A program made the position numbers and the translations under genes. A stretch of 64,000 nucleotides of DNA. It comes from Longimicrobiales bacterium (GTDB taxonomy: Bacteria; Gemmatimonadota; Gemmatimonadetes; Longimicrobiales; Gaopeijiaceae). This document shows, one piece after another, positions 9,333-19,195 of this stretch. Where the stretch lies: positions 1,792,001-1,856,000 of the forward strand of contig CBDDCX010000008.1 in NCBI GenBank assembly GCA_965226375.1, given 5' to 3'. Below the pieces are notes generated by a model that was not told where the DNA came from, searched no databases, and saw nothing but the letters and a program-made list of their open reading frames with translations. Every line of letters starts with the position of its first letter. Within the stretch, counting starts at the first letter, position 1.

Positions 9333-11687
9333 ATGTATATCGCTCTCGAATTGCCGCCGCGTTTGGTGCTCTCAACGTTCGTCCTGTCTTGCTCAGCAGC
9401 GTTCGTTATCGCGGCGGGGGCAATCTCGCCCGCGTCAGCTCAGGCCGCTGGCGACCTGGAGCCCATGACGTTCATGGATGTCCAGAGGATGGCTCGTGGG
9501 GGCTCCTGGACTCCGAGTCCCGATGGCGAGTGGATGCTCTACACCGTGACCACCCCGGACTGGGCGGAGGCCGAGTCACAATCGGACATCCACCTCGTCT
9601 CGATGGCGGAGGGTGTCAGCTCGAGCCGGCAGATGACCTACACAGATGGCAAGAACGAGGGGTCACCCACCTGGTCGAGGGACGGCAGCTTCTTCGTGTT
9701 CGCGTCGGATAGGGACAGTGGTTCCGGCGCCGACCGAGACCCGACCCGTGACCGCGTTGCGGACGAGTCCGAAGATCAACTCTACATGATGCGCCCCGAT
9801 GGTGGTGAGGCCCAGCGCATCACCTACGCGGACCACGGTGTCTCCGACTTCTCGTTCAGTGACGACGGTCGGTGGCTCGTGTATCGCAGTGGCGAGTCCG
9901 GCCAGGAGCAGCTCTACAGCTTGCCGGTGAACGGCCTCCTGACTGCCGAGGCCGAGCAGCTCACGGACGGTGAGGCCGGTGTGGAGCGATGGGAGTGGGC
10001 TCCCGACAGCCGTCGCATCTACTTCACCAGGCCGGACTCCCGAGACGAGGACGATGACCTTCGTCGCGAAGAAGGCTTCACTGTGGATGTGAAGAACATG
10101 GTGACGTCTCTGTCCAACCTGTGGGCGATGGACCTGGAGCCGCGCGACACCCGACAGCTGACGAGTGATTCGAACCTGAGCGTGGGAGGCTTCAACGTCT
10201 CCGACGACGGACGTTGGGTCACGTTCAGCGGCGGATCCGCCAAGCGGTACGAGCGCAACATTACCGGGGCGCGGCTCTACGCCGACCAGTTCCTCCTCGA
10301 AACAGCCACGGGCCACATCGAGCGTCTCACGGACAACTTCGAGGTGCGTGAGAGCTTGCCCAGCGTGTCGCCGGACGGCCACTTGATCGCGTTTTCGGCG
10401 CCCGACGACATGACGCGCTATACGATGACGGACAACCGTGTCTACGTCCGCGAGGTGGGCGATCGAGGTGGCTCCTTCCGCAAGCTCGGTGACGCGTTTG
10501 ACCAAAGCCTGAGTGTCGGGTTCTGGTCCGAGGACGGCAATACGATCTACTTCAACGCAGGAGTGCGCGTCACTACGCAGCTCCATGCGCTCGACGTGAG
10601 GAGCGGCGAGGTCAGGCAGGTCACTGAAGAACGGGCGGCTCTTGCTGTGAGCCGGGACGACGACTCGGGCGCCGTGCTCATCGGCTATCAGGATCCGACG
10701 ACTCCTCCCACGGTCTTTACCGTTGAGAACATCGAGGACGTGGCCGACCGCTCCGCGTGGACCCAGCTCGCCGACGTGGCCCCCGAGGTACGCGGAATGG
10801 CCCTCGGCGAAGAGGTCGAGGTCAGCTGGCGTTCCACCGACGGCAAGATGGTCGGGGGAATTTTCGTCAAGCCGGCCGGATACCGTGAGGGACAGCGTTA
10901 TCCGCTCATCGTGGCGATTCACGGCGGCCCGGCCTCGGCCGACGTTCTCCGGTTCAACGGTGGATACAGTGCCCAGGTTTACGCCGGGGCCGGGTATGCC
11001 GTTCTCAAGCCCAACTACCGCGGGTCGCGCAACTACGGCAACGCACACCGAACCGACATCGTCGGTGATTACTTCACCCTGGGGTACGACGACATCATGA
11101 CCGGGGTGGATTACCTCATCGACGAAGGGATCGTCGACGGTGATCGCATGGGGGCGCTGGGATGGAGCGCCGGTGGGCATTGGTCCAACTGGATCGTCAC
11201 CCACACCGGTCGGTTCAAGGCGATCAGCTCCGGGGCCGGGACCATGAACTGGATTTCCATGTACGCCCAGAGCGACGTGCAGCGGAACCGGCGGTTCTAC
11301 ATCGGCGATGATTTTCTGTATGAGAACTTCGATCCCTACTGGGATCAATCACCTCTCAAGTACGTCGCCAACGCTAAGACTCCGACGATGATCCACGTCG
11401 TGGAGGGGGACCCTCGAGTTCCGAGCCCGCAGTCGGTGGAGCTGCACATGGCCCTCAAGGAGCTGGGGGTACCCACCGAGCTCTTCATGTATCCGGGCCG
11501 CACCCATGGGATCTCCCAACCACGCAACCGGCTCGTGAAGGCCGTGAGTGAGATGGCGTGGATGGACTACTACGTGCGGGGGATCGGCAACAAATTCGAG
11601 TGGCAGGACGTGCTGAAGACGCTCGAGGAGAAGGAAGAGAAGCCGAAGGCCACGACCGACTCGGAGCAGGAGATGGGTCGGCGGTGA
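9333..11687 (+). CDS. S9 family (prolyl oligopeptidase/acylaminoacyl) peptidase
   Basis: PD40-like propeller repeats; IHGGP, GWSAGG nucleophile, DPRV, THG. Confidence 0.93.
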   Translation: MYIALELPPRLVLSTFVLSCSAAFVIAAGAISPASAQAAGDLEPMTFMDVQRMARGGSWTPSPDGEWMLYTVTTPDWAEAESQSDIHLVSMAEGVSSSRQMTYTDGKNEGSPTWSRDGSFFVFASDRDSGSGADRDPTRDRVADESEDQLYMMRPDGGEAQRITYADHGVSDFSFSDDGRWLVYRSGESGQEQLYSLPVNGLLTAEAEQLTDGEAGVERWEWAPDSRRIYFTRPDSRDEDDDLRREEGFTVDVKNMVTSLSNLWAMDLEPRDTRQLTSDSNLSVGGFNVSDDGRWVTFSGGSAKRYERNITGARLYADQFLLETATGHIERLTDNFEVRESLPSVSPDGHLIAFSAPDDMTRYTMTDNRVYVREVGDRGGSFRKLGDAFDQSLSVGFWSEDGNTIYFNAGVRVTTQLHALDVRSGEVRQVTEERAALAVSRDDDSGAVLIGYQDPTTPPTVFTVENIEDVADRSAWTQLADVAPEVRGMALGEEVEVSWRSTDGKMVGGIFVKPAGYREGQRYPLIVAIHGGPASADVLRFNGGYSAQVYAGAGYAVLKPNYRGSRNYGNAHRTDIVGDYFTLGYDDIMTGVDYLIDEGIVDGDRMGALGWSAGGHWSNWIVTHTGRFKAISSGAGTMNWISMYAQSDVQRNRRFYIGDDFLYENFDPYWDQSPLKYVANAKTPTMIHVVEGDPRVPSPQSVELHMALKELGVPTELFMYPGRTHGISQPRNRLVKAVSEMAWMDYYVRGIGNKFEWQDVLKTLEEKEEKPKATTDSEQEMGRR

Positions 11688-12424
11688 GAACCGCGGCCGG
11701 CTCGTACGCGAGCGGAAGTCGTAGGTGGGCAGTGCGGGTGGGAGCGACACGGACGGCGCGACGCCTGGGGGTGCTCGTGGCTGTCTCCGTACTCGCGGCG
11801 TGCGCCGGGGAGGTTGTCGAAGAGCCGACGGATCCTCGGCTCCAGAATACGCTCCTGCGGGCGAGTCAGTTCAATGAAACGGCGCCCGAGACCTTCCGTG
11901 CGCTGTTCGAGACCACCAACGGGGCCTTCGTCATCGAGGTTCACCGCGAATGGGCACCGCTGGGCGCCGACCGTTTTTTCAACCTGGTGAGCCGTGAATG
12001 GTACGACGGGGTGCGGTTTCATAGGGTGCTGACCGACTTTATGGTGCAGTGGGGCATTCACGATGAGCCGTACGTGAATGCCATCTGGCAAGACGAACTC
12101 CTGGCTGACGACCCTCCTGCCCAGTCCAACACGCGCGGGCGTGTATCGTTCGCCAAGGGTGGGGCTAACAGCCGCACGGTCCAGGTCTTTATCAACTACA
12201 AGGACAACCCGAGTCTGGACGAGCGTGGATTCTCTCCGATCGGCGAGGTGGTGGAGGGTATGGACGTGGTAGACGGGCTCTACGCCGAATACGGTGAGGG
12301 TCCCCCGCGGGGCGAGGGTGTCTACCAGGCCATGGCCATGGCGCGTGGGGCCGAATACTACGACGCGGAGTTCCCGGAGCTGGACAGGATCGTCCGGGCG
12401 AGGGTGGCCTTTACTCCGCCCTGA
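11684..12424 (+). CDS. Cyclophilin-type peptidyl-prolyl isomerase (lipoprotein)
   Basis: FHRVLTDFMVQWG, QVFIN; lipobox LAAC; GTG start overlaps the upstream TGA. Confidence 0.9.
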   Translation: MRTAAGSYASGSRRWAVRVGATRTARRLGVLVAVSVLAACAGEVVEEPTDPRLQNTLLRASQFNETAPETFRALFETTNGAFVIEVHREWAPLGADRFFNLVSREWYDGVRFHRVLTDFMVQWGIHDEPYVNAIWQDELLADDPPAQSNTRGRVSFAKGGANSRTVQVFINYKDNPSLDERGFSPIGEVVEGMDVVDGLYAEYGEGPPRGEGVYQAMAMARGAEYYDAEFPELDRIVRARVAFTPP

Positions 12425-12833
12425 GCGCCTCCACCGGAGAGAGCGGATTGGACCGGGGACGGTCTCGACGCGTTGGCCAAAGGGGGTGGTGCGGCTACGG
12501 GTCAAGCACTCGACTCACCGACGCCCGAGCGCGTCGATCTTTTGCTGGAAGAACCGCGCGAAGCCCTCCCCTGGGTCGACCGCGAGTCCTTTCTGAAAGG
12601 CCGCCAGCGCCGCCTCGCGGTCACCTTTCGCTTCCAGAGTCTCTCCCAACTCCCACAAGATTGACTGCGCCTCGGGGAACTGTTCGAGATTCATCTCCAG
12701 CACAGTGACGGCGTCGTCGAAGTTTCCCTGCCGACTGAGCTGGCCGGCGAGCCCCGTGAGCGCCCCCGTTTAGCGCCCCCGATTTCTCTGGACAGTAGAT
12801 TGGCAAAGACAGCGGGTCCAGAGAGAAAGGGAC

Positions 12834-13196
12834 GTGATGGCCCAGAAGCCGAGGGAGAACAAGGCGACCGCAGGTCGTGAGAAGGTACCCGAGCGGTGGA
12901 GTGCCCAGCAGAAAACGGAGGTGGTGCTGCGCCTGCTACGGGGTGAGGACCTGGTGGAGGTCAGCCGCGAGGTACAGGTCTCACCGCCGGAGCTGGAGGA
13001 ATGGCGGCGGGTGTTCCTGGAGACCGGTCAGCAGGGACTGAGACGCCGGGGCCGAGACCCTGGAGAACGGGAGCTGACCCGGACCCGGGCGAAGCTGGGA
13101 GAGTTGACGATGCGACTGGAGCTTGCGAGAGAACTCCTGGAAAAAAGGGGGTACGGGGACGAGCTGGAGAAGCTCTTGAAGCGCGGACGCGGGTGA
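12834..13196 (+). CDS. Transposase OrfA (HTH)
   Basis: RWSAQQKTEVVLRLLRGE; A6G tract at 13141-13147 where the -1 orfB frame overlaps. Confidence 0.85.
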   Translation: MMAQKPRENKATAGREKVPERWSAQQKTEVVLRLLRGEDLVEVSREVQVSPPELEEWRRVFLETGQQGLRRRGRDPGERELTRTRAKLGELTMRLELARELLEKRGYGDELEKLLKRGRG

Positions 13197-14079
13197 GTCC
13201 GGGGACAGGGCGGCTCTACCCTCTGACGATGATCTGCGAGGTCTGGCGGGTGGGGCGCTCGACGGTCTACGCGGCCCGAGATCGAGAAGAGAGCGACGGG
13301 CCGGCAGGGCTGAAGAAGCGCGGACCGAAGACGAAGCTGAGCGACGAGGAGTTGGTGGAGGAGATCCGACAGGTGCTGAAGGAGAGCGACTTCCTGGGCG
13401 AAGGCCACCGGAAGGTCCGGGCCCGTCTGAGAGCCAAGGGGATCGGTGTGGGCAAGAACCGCGTGCTGCGGCTGATGCGGGAGAATGGGCTGCTGGCCCC
13501 CGTACGGCGCGGAAAGCACCCGCGTGGGGACCGGAGCCACAGCGGCCGGATCACGCGACGGATGTGCCGAACGAGCTGTGGGGTACGGACGCGACGCGGT
13601 TCTACACGAAGGAGGATGGGTGGTGCTGGTTCTTCGTGGCGGTGGATCACTGCATCACAGACGTGGTGGGCTGGCACGTGGCGAAGAAGGGCGATCGGTG
13701 GGCAGCGCTCGAGCCGATCCGCCAGGGTGTACGAACCCACATGGACGGCTACGCGCCCAAGATCGCTCTGGGGCTCGGCCTACGGCACGACTGGGGCCCT
13801 CAGTACACCGCCCATCAGTTCCAAGGAGAGCTGGCCTGGCTCGGGATCCGCTCGACGGCCTCGTACGTAGGAGAGCCGGAGTGCAACGGCGTCGCGGAAC
13901 GCTTCATGCGGACGCTGAAGGAAGAGTGCCTGTACCTCCACGACTTCGAGAGCCTCGAGGAGGCCAGGCAGGAGATCGATGCGTTCATCGAACGCTACAA
14001 CCGCGGGTGGCTCCTGGAGCGGCACGGGTATCGGACCCCGGCCCAGGTCCGTCAGGAGCTCACCCTGAAGGCGGCATGA
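13139..14079 (+). pseudogene. Transposase OrfB (DDE integrase core) with extra frameshift near 13555
   Basis: GHRKV..KNRVLRLMREN in one frame; PNELWGTD..DWGPQY..AERFMRTLKEE in another; ACGCGACG looks like a 2-bp insertion. Confidence 0.8.
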
Positions 14080-14712
14080 TTAGGCCGCCGACTTGTCCAG
14101 GAAACCGGAACCGGTACACCCTGGCCGAAGTCGAAGATGGCCCTGCCGAAATAGGCGTCGTGAAGCTCGTCGTATTTGGCCTTTAGTGCGTCGATCCCAC
14201 CCTCTTCGCGGGCCACCATGAGCTCGGTGCGAAGATCCGCAGGCTTGTTGTACCCGTGATGACAGGTGTTGCAGCCCACCTCGACCCGGTCTTCTCGGCC
14301 CGTCTTGGGGAGATGCTCGGAGTTGATCGACTCCACCATCTGATACATGACCCGGGCGATGCGCTTGGTCTCCTTGTCATCAGACGCGAAGTCGAAGTCT
14401 TCGAGCGTGGCCGCGTTCTCTCCCACGTGGCAATAGCCGCAATTGGTGCCGAGAGCACTGGCAAACCCACGCATGATGCCCACGAGGCGCGCTCGTGAGA
14501 TGTCCTCGGGCAGGAGCTCGAGGTTGGTGAACTCATCCGGAATCTGGGCTGCGGCCCGACCCGGAATCGAGAGGATCACCCCGAAGGCGATCACCACCAC
14601 CACACACGTCAACTTCCCCATGATCCGTCTCTTTCGTCGAGGTACGGGACACTGCAGGCACCAATATGTTTTCTACGCCCTAAAGGTCCGGTGGCTTACC
14701 TGCGGCTCGTCG

Positions 14713-15339
14713 TTATCCGTCCAGTTCATACGCCACCTCGAGCCATTCACGCACCTCGTCGTCGATCTCATCGTCCGAGGTGAGCGCGAATCGATGTGTG
14801 ATGCGGTCCTTCCTGGCCAGCCCGCCGGTGTCGATGATGCGCTGGGGGATTTCCCGATCGACCCCCTTCAGCGCCAGGCCGAGATCGACTCGCGTCTTGG
14901 TCGTGGGCTTGATCTCGGCGAAAATGTGAGACCGGTAGAGCGGAACGATGGTCTTGCATGGGCAGATCTTCACGTCGGACCCGAGGGAGCGACCGAGCTC
15001 GATGAGCGCGTCATGGATCGGCCGGAGGGACTCTTTACCGTCATACATCGTGGCGACGTACCGGGGGGCCGCCTCCAGGTAGGCATCCGGATCGGTTCCG
15101 TCACGTCCCTGTCCCACCGAGGCCTCCGCCACCATCCTACCGGTGGTGCCTCCGAGCCCGTGCTCCGACTTGAGCCAGATCAGGCGCTCCTTGGCGCCCC
15201 GCGGACCGTCCCGGTCCAGAAGGCTCGTCCACTCCTCGACGGACCGCCCGGTCTTTTCCGGTAGCTTCCGGAGAATGGCCTGAGCATACGGCACCGAGGG
15301 GTGGACGCTGTAGATGCTCTGGTGGCTTGTCCGGCCCAT
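14713..15339 (-). CDS. DUF4287/DUF5655-like domain protein
   Basis: LPEKTGRSVEEW..WLKSEHGLG N-domain; C-terminal EIDDEVREWLEVAY. Confidence 0.75.
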   Translation of the reverse strand: MGRTSHQSIYSVHPSVPYAQAILRKLPEKTGRSVEEWTSLLDRDGPRGAKERLIWLKSEHGLGGTTGRMVAEASVGQGRDGTDPDAYLEAAPRYVATMYDGKESLRPIHDALIELGRSLGSDVKICPCKTIVPLYRSHIFAEIKPTTKTRVDLGLALKGVDREIPQRIIDTGGLARKDRITHRFALTSDDEIDDEVREWLEVAYELDG

Positions 15340-15351
15340 GAGCTCTCCCCC

Positions 15352-16254
15352 CTACCAGCTCACGTACTTGTACATCAGCCGAATCAACTGGTACGCTTCG
15401 GTCATGTTCTTCGCCGTGTACTCGACGTGGGTGCCGTCCGAACGGCTCATTCCGGGGATGGCCTGGAGAATATCCACCCGCGTCGTCGATGCGAAGTGCA
15501 TCCGGATGTTGATGGGGTCGCTGACCTGGAGCGGTGTGGCGCTCGGGAGATTGGCCAGCGCCTCATGGGTCGCTTCCCGCAGACGGGCCCGTACGACCTC
15601 CGGGTGGAGGAGCCGTGCGACCTGGTAGCCGATGGCCTCTTTGGTGGCGACCGCCCGCGTCTGCACCAAGGCGCTGAACTGTTTCGCGAAGGTCTCGTCG
15701 CCGGCGGCTACCAGGATCGGTACACCATGTGACCCGGCATAGTGTGCGTTCAACCCTCCTTCTCCGACCTCCACCCCGTTCAGCCAGAGCCCTTTGACCG
15801 ATCCTGATCCCGTGTGGGCCAGAAAGCCGCCTTCGGTGCCCGCCCGGGCGTGATATCCGAGGAAGATGGCTCCGTCGAATGAAGCGTCGAGGCCCTGCAC
15901 CATGCCCAGCGGCTTGATGTTCCCTTGAATGTAGGTCACGCGCGGATCGAGTCTGGTGTGGAGCAGATTCTGCATATCGCCGTGCGAGTCGTTTACCAGG
16001 ATCTCGGCCGGACCGGACTCGAAAATGGCCTCTACTACCGTATTGACCTCGGCGGTCATAAGCTCGCGGCCGGTCGCGTAGTCTTTCCCGGTGCCGTTGG
16101 TCATCTTCCCGGTCCCGATTCCTCCGATGCCTTCCATATCTACCGAGATGAAGATCCGTACGGGACGCTCCTGTCCTGTCAGTTCGGAGGCGGCGAATCC
16201 GGCTGCTGCAAACGCCAGAATCAGCGGAAGTGTGAAAATGCGACGAGAGATCAT
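15352..16254 (-). CDS. dppA: M55 family D-aminopeptidase (DppA-like) with signal peptide
   Basis: IFISVDMEG, VNDSHG, GYHARAG, AHT motifs; ATG at 16254 with GGAG RBS preferred over the ORF-track start. Confidence 0.9.
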   Translation of the reverse strand: MISRRIFTLPLILAFAAAGFAASELTGQERPVRIFISVDMEGIGGIGTGKMTNGTGKDYATGRELMTAEVNTVVEAIFESGPAEILVNDSHGDMQNLLHTRLDPRVTYIQGNIKPLGMVQGLDASFDGAIFLGYHARAGTEGGFLAHTGSGSVKGLWLNGVEVGEGGLNAHYAGSHGVPILVAAGDETFAKQFSALVQTRAVATKEAIGYQVARLLHPEVVRARLREATHEALANLPSATPLQVSDPINIRMHFASTTRVDILQAIPGMSRSDGTHVEYTAKNMTEAYQLIRLMYKYVSW

Positions 16255-16450
16255 TATCGGTGCTCCGAGGAAGACAGTGAGACGAAGGGTCGATGTCGAA
16301 AAAAAAATTGTGCCCAGAGGCCCTATACTCTTGGTAAATTGAGAATAAGGGGGATGATTTAACATATCGACCCCCCTTGGAGTCAAAGCGGGTGGAAGGG
16401 ATGACCAGTCGCTCCGAACGGCTTGAGAGCCGTATGAGGAGATTCAGAGA

Positions 16451-17164
16451 ATGAAGCACCACTTTGTGCATGGAATGGTGGCCTTGAGCGTGATCGCGCT
16501 GGCTGCCTGCAGTGAAACCGCCGGCCCCGATGGGACCGACTCCCAGTTCGAGTCCCTCCTGACGCTCGATGTCGCTATGGTCTCGGCCGATGCGCTCATC
16601 GATGTTCTGGCCGAGTTGCAGTTGGGATTCGTCGGTGGATTCGGCGGCGCGTTCGCCGCACCGCCGCTCGACCGTGTTCGGACCGTCACGTACTACGACG
16701 CTAACGGGGACCCGCAGGACGCCTACGACGCGGACGCGACCGCCTCGATCCACATCGTGAGTGAGATGAGTGGCGAAATGGTTCGTGACAACTGGTCCGG
16801 GTCCATCTCACGGACACGGGACATTACGATTACCGGCCTCGAGGGCGACGAGACCGACCGCACGGCCAACGGGACGGGCAGCAGCACCGTTTCCCGCAGT
16901 CACCACTCCGACGAGGATGGCGACCGCAGCTACGAGATGTCCGGTGCGTCGGTTATCACGGATGTCGTTCATGTGGTTCCCCGGGACGAGAATCCCTACC
17001 CCCTTTCGGGAACCGTCACGCGTGATGTGACCGTTGTCATCGTCAATCGTCACACTGAACAGCGCACCCCAAGTGTGCCAGCTGTGACAGATTGGGTTAC
17101 GTCCTGTGTTACTGAAAATGACAGTTCTTCGTCAAACCACCCGAGGGTAGTGGGACCGAAGTAG
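16451..17164 (+). CDS. Hypothetical lipoprotein, probably truncated near 17050
   Basis: Lipobox LAAC, beta-rich, YPLSGTVTR; the 3' end runs into the IS481-like remnant. Confidence 0.65.
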   Translation: MKHHFVHGMVALSVIALAACSETAGPDGTDSQFESLLTLDVAMVSADALIDVLAELQLGFVGGFGGAFAAPPLDRVRTVTYYDANGDPQDAYDADATASIHIVSEMSGEMVRDNWSGSISRTRDITITGLEGDETDRTANGTGSSTVSRSHHSDEDGDRSYEMSGASVITDVVHVVPRDENPYPLSGTVTRDVTVVIVNRHTEQRTPSVPAVTDWVTSCVTENDSSSSNHPRVVGPK

Positions 17165-17300
17165 ACCTGCCACAGAGCGGGGCCGATGGGTTTGAACTCG
17201 TTGCCCAGAGCCGAACTGATGTGATCCAACGCGAGTGCCAGCGGATGGCTCCGTTTGTAGAGACCTTACGGACCTCGAACAGGGTACTCGATGGGCAGAG
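17075..17300 (-). pseudogene. Degraded C-terminal fragment of IS481-like transposase
   Basis: Manual translation across frames: LPIEYP / FEVRKVSTNGAIRWHSRW / HISSALGNEF-KPIGPALWQVYFGPTTLGWFDE. Confidence 0.65.
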
Positions 17301-17373
17301 CCCTCTCTGCCAACGTACGTGAGACACGGAGCACGCAAAGAATTAGAGTAGGGCGAAGGCAGAGAAAACGAAC

Positions 17374-17823
17374 ATGTTGGGACTGCGAGAGAGAATGGCA
17401 GAGAATGGTAGTGCCCCTGGAACCGGGGAGGCCAAGCGAAGCGCGGCAGCTCCTGCGGACCCGGAGGTAGTAGATAGGCCGCTACGGCGGCGGTTCAGTC
17501 CGTCGTACAAGCTGCGGATCGTCGAAGAAGCGGACCGGTGCACCGAGCCCGGCGAGGTGGGTCAAGTCCTGCGGCGAGAGGGCCTGTACTCGTCGCACCT
17601 GACGACGTGGCGCAAGGCGGCGCATAGCGGGTCGCTGAAGGCCCTGTCGAAGAAACGCGGCCGCAAGCCGGAGCGAAATCCGCTGGATGAGAAGGTACGC
17701 AAGCTGGAGCGGCGAAACGCACGGCTCGGGAATGAGCTCAGGAAGGCACACCTGATCATCGACGTGCAGGGAAAAGTTGCGGGGCTGCTGGGGATAAGCC
17801 TCGACGACGGGACAAACTCTTGA
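17374..17823 (+). CDS. IS3 transposase OrfA
   Basis: 149 aa HTH; G-GGA-AAA heptamer at 17769-17775. Confidence 0.9.
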   Translation: MLGLRERMAENGSAPGTGEAKRSAAAPADPEVVDRPLRRRFSPSYKLRIVEEADRCTEPGEVGQVLRREGLYSSHLTTWRKAAHSGSLKALSKKRGRKPERNPLDEKVRKLERRNARLGNELRKAHLIIDVQGKVAGLLGISLDDGTNS

Positions 17824-18827
17824 AGGCGGCCGATGAGCTGGCTAAGCACGTCGGTGTAAAACCGGCGTGCGCGGCCCTCGAGGTCTCCCGATCGACGTTG
17901 TACCGTCGTCGAGGCCCATCAACCGGGCAACAGCAGCCCCGCCCGACGCCCGCCCGGGCATTGAGCGAGACGGAACGAGGCGAGGTCTTCGACACGCTGT
18001 GTTCGGAGCGGTTCGTGGACCGCTCACCCGCCGAGGTGGTGGCCACGCTGCTCGACGAAGAGGTCTACCTGTGCAGCGAACGCACGATGTATCGTGTTCT
18101 GGCCTCCGAGGTGCCGGTTCAGGAACGCCGGGCGCAGCGCACCCATCCCGAGTACAAGAAGCCCGAGTTGATGGCCACGGCGCCGAACCAGGTGTGGTCC
18201 TGGGATATCACGCGGCTGCTCGGGCCGAAGAAGTGGAGCTATTACTACCTCTACGTCATCATGGACATCTACAGCCGCTACGTCGTGGGCTGGATGGTGG
18301 CGGACCGGGAGAACTCGGCCCTGGCCGGCCGGTTGATCCAGCAGAGCTGCCTGAAGCATGGCGTCCAGCCCCGGGTCCTGACCCTGCACTCGGATCGGGG
18401 AGCTCCAATGACGAGCCAATGCACCGCTCAACTTCTCGCTGACCTCGGCGTGACCCGCTCGTTGAGCCGGCCTCAGGTGTCGGATGACAACCCGTTTTCC
18501 GAGGCTCAGTTCAAAACCTTGAAGTACCATCCCTCGTTTCCCGGACGGTTCGGGGATCAGGGCCAAGCCAAGACGTTCTGTCGATCGTTCTTCCGCTGGT
18601 ACAATGCCGAGCACCGCCATGGCGGCATCTCGATGCTAACCCCCGAGCAGGTCCACTTCGGGAACGCCGATCAGGTCATTGCCGGCAGGAAATCCGTGCT
18701 CCGCGAAGCATGGGCCGCTCATCCCGAACGCTTCGTCAGAGGTGTGCCGAAGCCCAAACCGCTCCCGGAGGCCGTCTTCATCAATCCTCCCATCCCTTCC
18801 CTCACCACACAGGACATTGCTCTCTAA
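17820..18827 (+). CDS. IS3 transposase OrfB (DDE)
   Basis: PNQVWSWDIT, MDIYSRYVVGW, HSDRG, DNPFSEAQFKTLK. Confidence 0.95.
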   Translation: MKAADELAKHVGVKPACAALEVSRSTLYRRRGPSTGQQQPRPTPARALSETERGEVFDTLCSERFVDRSPAEVVATLLDEEVYLCSERTMYRVLASEVPVQERRAQRTHPEYKKPELMATAPNQVWSWDITRLLGPKKWSYYYLYVIMDIYSRYVVGWMVADRENSALAGRLIQQSCLKHGVQPRVLTLHSDRGAPMTSQCTAQLLADLGVTRSLSRPQVSDDNPFSEAQFKTLKYHPSFPGRFGDQGQAKTFCRSFFRWYNAEHRHGGISMLTPEQVHFGNADQVIAGRKSVLREAWAAHPERFVRGVPKPKPLPEAVFINPPIPSLTTQDIAL

Positions 18828-19035
18828 TTAATCCCGTAGAGTGTCCCATTGTCGTTGACAGGTTCCGCACAGGCCCCAGTCGTTCGATGGGAACGACCCT
18901 ACAGGTGTCGGACTCCCACGGAACTCTCCAGGCCCACGTCCTTCGAAATCCCGGACGATGAGGCGGGCCCGCACCCCACCAAGAGGATGAGGACGCTCCC
19001 TGAGCGAGCAGGAAGAACCGACACCGCCTACCTAG

Positions 19036-19195
19036 TGTCGTGTCCCAGAAATACGCCGGCATTGATCTCGCTACGCTTCGATCGTCTCGCGGTCAACTCG
19101 GCACTCGAAAGAAGCGTGCAGGTCGCTCGGCTCGGGAACCGCTGCATCCACCCTTCGGTCCCCTCGGTGCGGCACCGTATTTCTGGGACAGGACA
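19036..19195. mobile_element. MITE, 160 bp, 20-bp terminal inverted repeats, CTAG target duplication
   Basis: CTAG|TGTCGTGTCCCAGAAATACG ... CGTATTTCTGGGACAGGACA|CTAG (1 mismatch); no transposase inside. Confidence 0.85.

Larger units (their letters stand above)
12768..14118 (+). mobile_element. IS3-family insertion sequence (second type), 3-bp CCC target duplication
   Basis: Imperfect IRs (..GATTTCTCTGGACA / TGTCCAGGAAACCGGAACCGGTACA); orfA and rve-type orfB; CCC at 12765-67 and 14119-21. Confidence 0.9.
12515..14621 (-). pseudogene. Diheme c-type cytochrome (reaction-centre cytochrome c-like family) with C-terminal TPR, split by IS
   Basis: Signal peptide, CGYCH and CNTCH; removing 12768..14118 and one CCC restores FDFGQ-GALTGLAGQL..LEMNLEQFP in frame. 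Confidence 0.85.
17301..18865 (+). mobile_element. IS3-family insertion sequence, copy 2 (about 1565 bp)
   Basis: orfA and orfB; subterminal IRs CTGCCAACGTACGTGAGACAC / GTGTCCCATTGTCGTTGACAG; boundaries from comparison of the three copies (+/-5 bp). Confidence 0.95.

Noticed and set aside
17063..17300. CGCACCCC 230 bp upstream of IS3 copy 2, suggesting an insertion into the IS left end
   Set aside because: The intervening DNA translates as a one-sided IS481-like transposase tail with no paired ends, so an 8-bp chance match is more likely.
18855..18860. Outward TTGACA in the IS right end as a hybrid promoter (also 49085-49090)
   Set aside because: No -10-like hexamer at about 17 bp in either flank.
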